Position numbers and translations under genes: made by a program. Shown piece by piece: positions 62,173 to 64,000 of a stretch of 64,000 bases of DNA; position 1 is the first letter of the stretch; each line of letters opens with the position of its first letter. The notes under the pieces are model-generated. The model searched no databases, was not told where the DNA came from, and saw nothing but the letters and a program-made list of their open reading frames with translations. This DNA comes from Macrostomum lignano (lineage: Eukaryota), in NCBI GenBank assembly GCA_002269645.1, contig NIVC01000100.1, positions 620,001 through 684,000 on the forward strand, written 5' to 3'.

Positions 62173-62989
62173 TAAGTGTTTTTATGTAGTCCTTTAATAA
62201 AAGCTTTTAATAAAAAATTTTACACTACTACTTTTAAACTACTTAGATTCGAACCCAGGTCGCTGCATTAGCAGTCTGGTCTGCTCAGCTCTAGGCTAGC
62301 TCTCATCGAAGTTATCAGTGAATTTGTACCACTTATATAATTCAACACTCACACCAAGTCAGGTAGAGTAAAAAGTCACGCGAAGCAGTTATGACATAAT
62401 CAATTTCTTAGGCAAGTCAGTACCAGTGTCTATGAAAGCTAACAATATGGTTACGTAATATAAATTCAGTACTGCACTATACTTTCACACTCAAAGCTGT
62501 GACGCAATTCAATTGAGTGTCAAATTCAGCCAGTACACAGACGATAAATAAAGTGTATTGTGATGCAATCTATTTCAGAATCAGAATTCAACCAGTCAGT
62601 TTTTTCTCTAGCATTTTTACAGTGCGTTTCAAGTCGAAATAGCTGCTTGACCTTTGCAAAAAAACATGTTTTTCGAATATTTAATCCCTTTAGCATCGAG
62701 CAATTTCTTAGCCACGATGCATGTACCGTCACGGAAAAATTTCTGATCGAATGGTGCAAGTTTGAACAAAATCGGTTGAGCCATTTTTGCTAAAATCGAT
62801 CACACACACATATACCGACAGACCATTTTTAGTATATGGACTAGCAATCTTCGCCCCCCGATGGGGGACATCTGGATAGAATCTCTGTTCTCTACAAGTA
62901 ACAAAAAGACAGCCAAAAAATCCTTCACAAAGACAACAGACAAACTGCTCAAATGAAGTGAATTGCAATAAGAAATCTTCCCAAGACCA

Positions 62990-63480
62990 CAAGCATCCCC
63001 CAGATAGCAAGCATTCCCCAGATAGCAAGCATCCCTCAAATAGCAAGCATCCCCCAGATAGCAAGCATCCCCCAGATAGCAAGCATCCCCAGATAGCAAG
63101 CATCCCCAGATAGCAAACATCCCCCAGATAGCAAGCATTCCCCAGATAGCAAGCATTCCCCAGATAGCAAACATTCCCCAGATAGCAAGCATCCCTCAGA
63201 TAGCAAGCATCCCCCAGATAGCAAGCATCACTCAGATAGCAAGCATCCCCCAGATAGCAAGCATCCACCAGATAGCAAGCATCCCCCAGATAGCAAGCAT
63301 CACTCAGATAGCAAGCATCCCTCAGATAGCAAGCATCCACCAGATAGCAAGCATCCCTCAGATAGCAAGCATCCCCCAAATTGCAAGCATCGCCCAGATA
63401 GCAAGCATCCCCCAGAAAGCAAGCATCCTCCAAATAGCAAGCATCCCCCAGATAGATAGCATCCCCAAATAGCAACCATC
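62990..63480. repeat. 18-bp satellite GATAGCAAGCATCCCCCA; shorter related arrays at 55490-55820 and 60857-61040
   Basis: Direct reading. Confidence 0.93.
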
Positions 63481-63589
63481 CACCAGACAATAAGTAGCTA
63501 GAGCGACAATTTCCTTAGCTTTATAGTGGCTCCTTTAAATTGGCATGGCGCTTTATACCTTTACATTTGAAATTGTATATCTTGAATGT

Positions 63590-64000
63590 TTGATATGGTG
63601 GCTCTTTTATGTTTGACATAGTGGCTCTTCTATGTTTGACATGGTGGCTCTTCTATGTTTGACATGGTGGCTCTTTTATGTTTGACATGGTGGCTCTTTT
63701 ATGTTTGACATGGTGGCTCTTTTATGTTTGACATGGTGGCTCTTTTATGTTTGACATGGTGGCTCTTTTATGTTTGACATGGTGGCTCTTTTATGTTTGA
63801 CATAGTGGCTCTTCTATGTTTGACATGGTGGCTTTTTTATGTTTGACATAGTGGCTCTTCTATGTTTGACATGGTGGCTTTTTTAGGTTTGACATGGTGG
63901 CTCTTTTATGTTTGACATGTTGGCTTTTTAATGTTCGACATGTTGGCTTTTTAATGTTCGACATGGTGGCTCTTTAATGTTCGACATGGTGGCTTTTTAA
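63590..64000. repeat. 23-bp satellite GACATGGTGGCTCTTTTATGTTT
   Basis: Direct reading. Confidence 0.93.

Larger units (their letters stand above)
58130..62840 (-). mobile_element. Non-autonomous Helitron-like unit M (tandem paralogue of L)
   Basis: TC at 62840; hairpin 58143-58160 + CTAG 58130-58133; colinear with unit L. Confidence 0.75.
62841..64000 (-). mobile_element. Non-autonomous Helitron-like unit R (variant, runs off the window)
   Basis: CTAG 62841-62844 with CCCC/GGGG hairpin; shares the GATAGCAAGCAT repeat with L and M. Confidence 0.6.

Noticed and set aside
53780-64000. Regularly spaced repeats that could be mistaken for a CRISPR array, and many repeat ORFs
   Set aside because: Units abut without unique spacers, there are no cas genes and the context is eukaryotic. 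The ORFs are satellite translations.

Overview
Eukaryotic, almost certainly metazoan, DNA made almost entirely of transposable elements and satellites. No host gene, intact RNA gene or CRISPR array can be supported. Left to right: (1) a nearly intact Helitron Rep/PIF1 gene whose 8 GT-AG introns can all be placed in frame, plus a second, diverged Helitron tail; (2) a decayed Mag-like Gypsy element with an in-frame duplication of its zinc knuckles; (3) two internally deleted THAP/P-superfamily transposons with TIRs and TSDs, one of which has its empty-site paralogue in the same window; (4) a pseudogenised Polinton/Maverick-type capsid module (major capsid C-terminus plus penton); (5) LTR remnants, one with a tRNA-Leu primer-binding site; (6) four CACTA/EnSpm-type transposase relics; (7) a compact, intronless, co-oriented gene cluster with a Fic-domain gene (HPFSDGNGRTAR), a PC4-like ORF and unknown ORFs; (8) a head-to-tail array of non-autonomous Helitron-like units joined at CTAG|TC junctions, carrying (TTAGGG)n tracts and several satellites. 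All family assignments are by-eye motif recognition; no database search was run. Coordinates of degraded elements and satellites are approximate.
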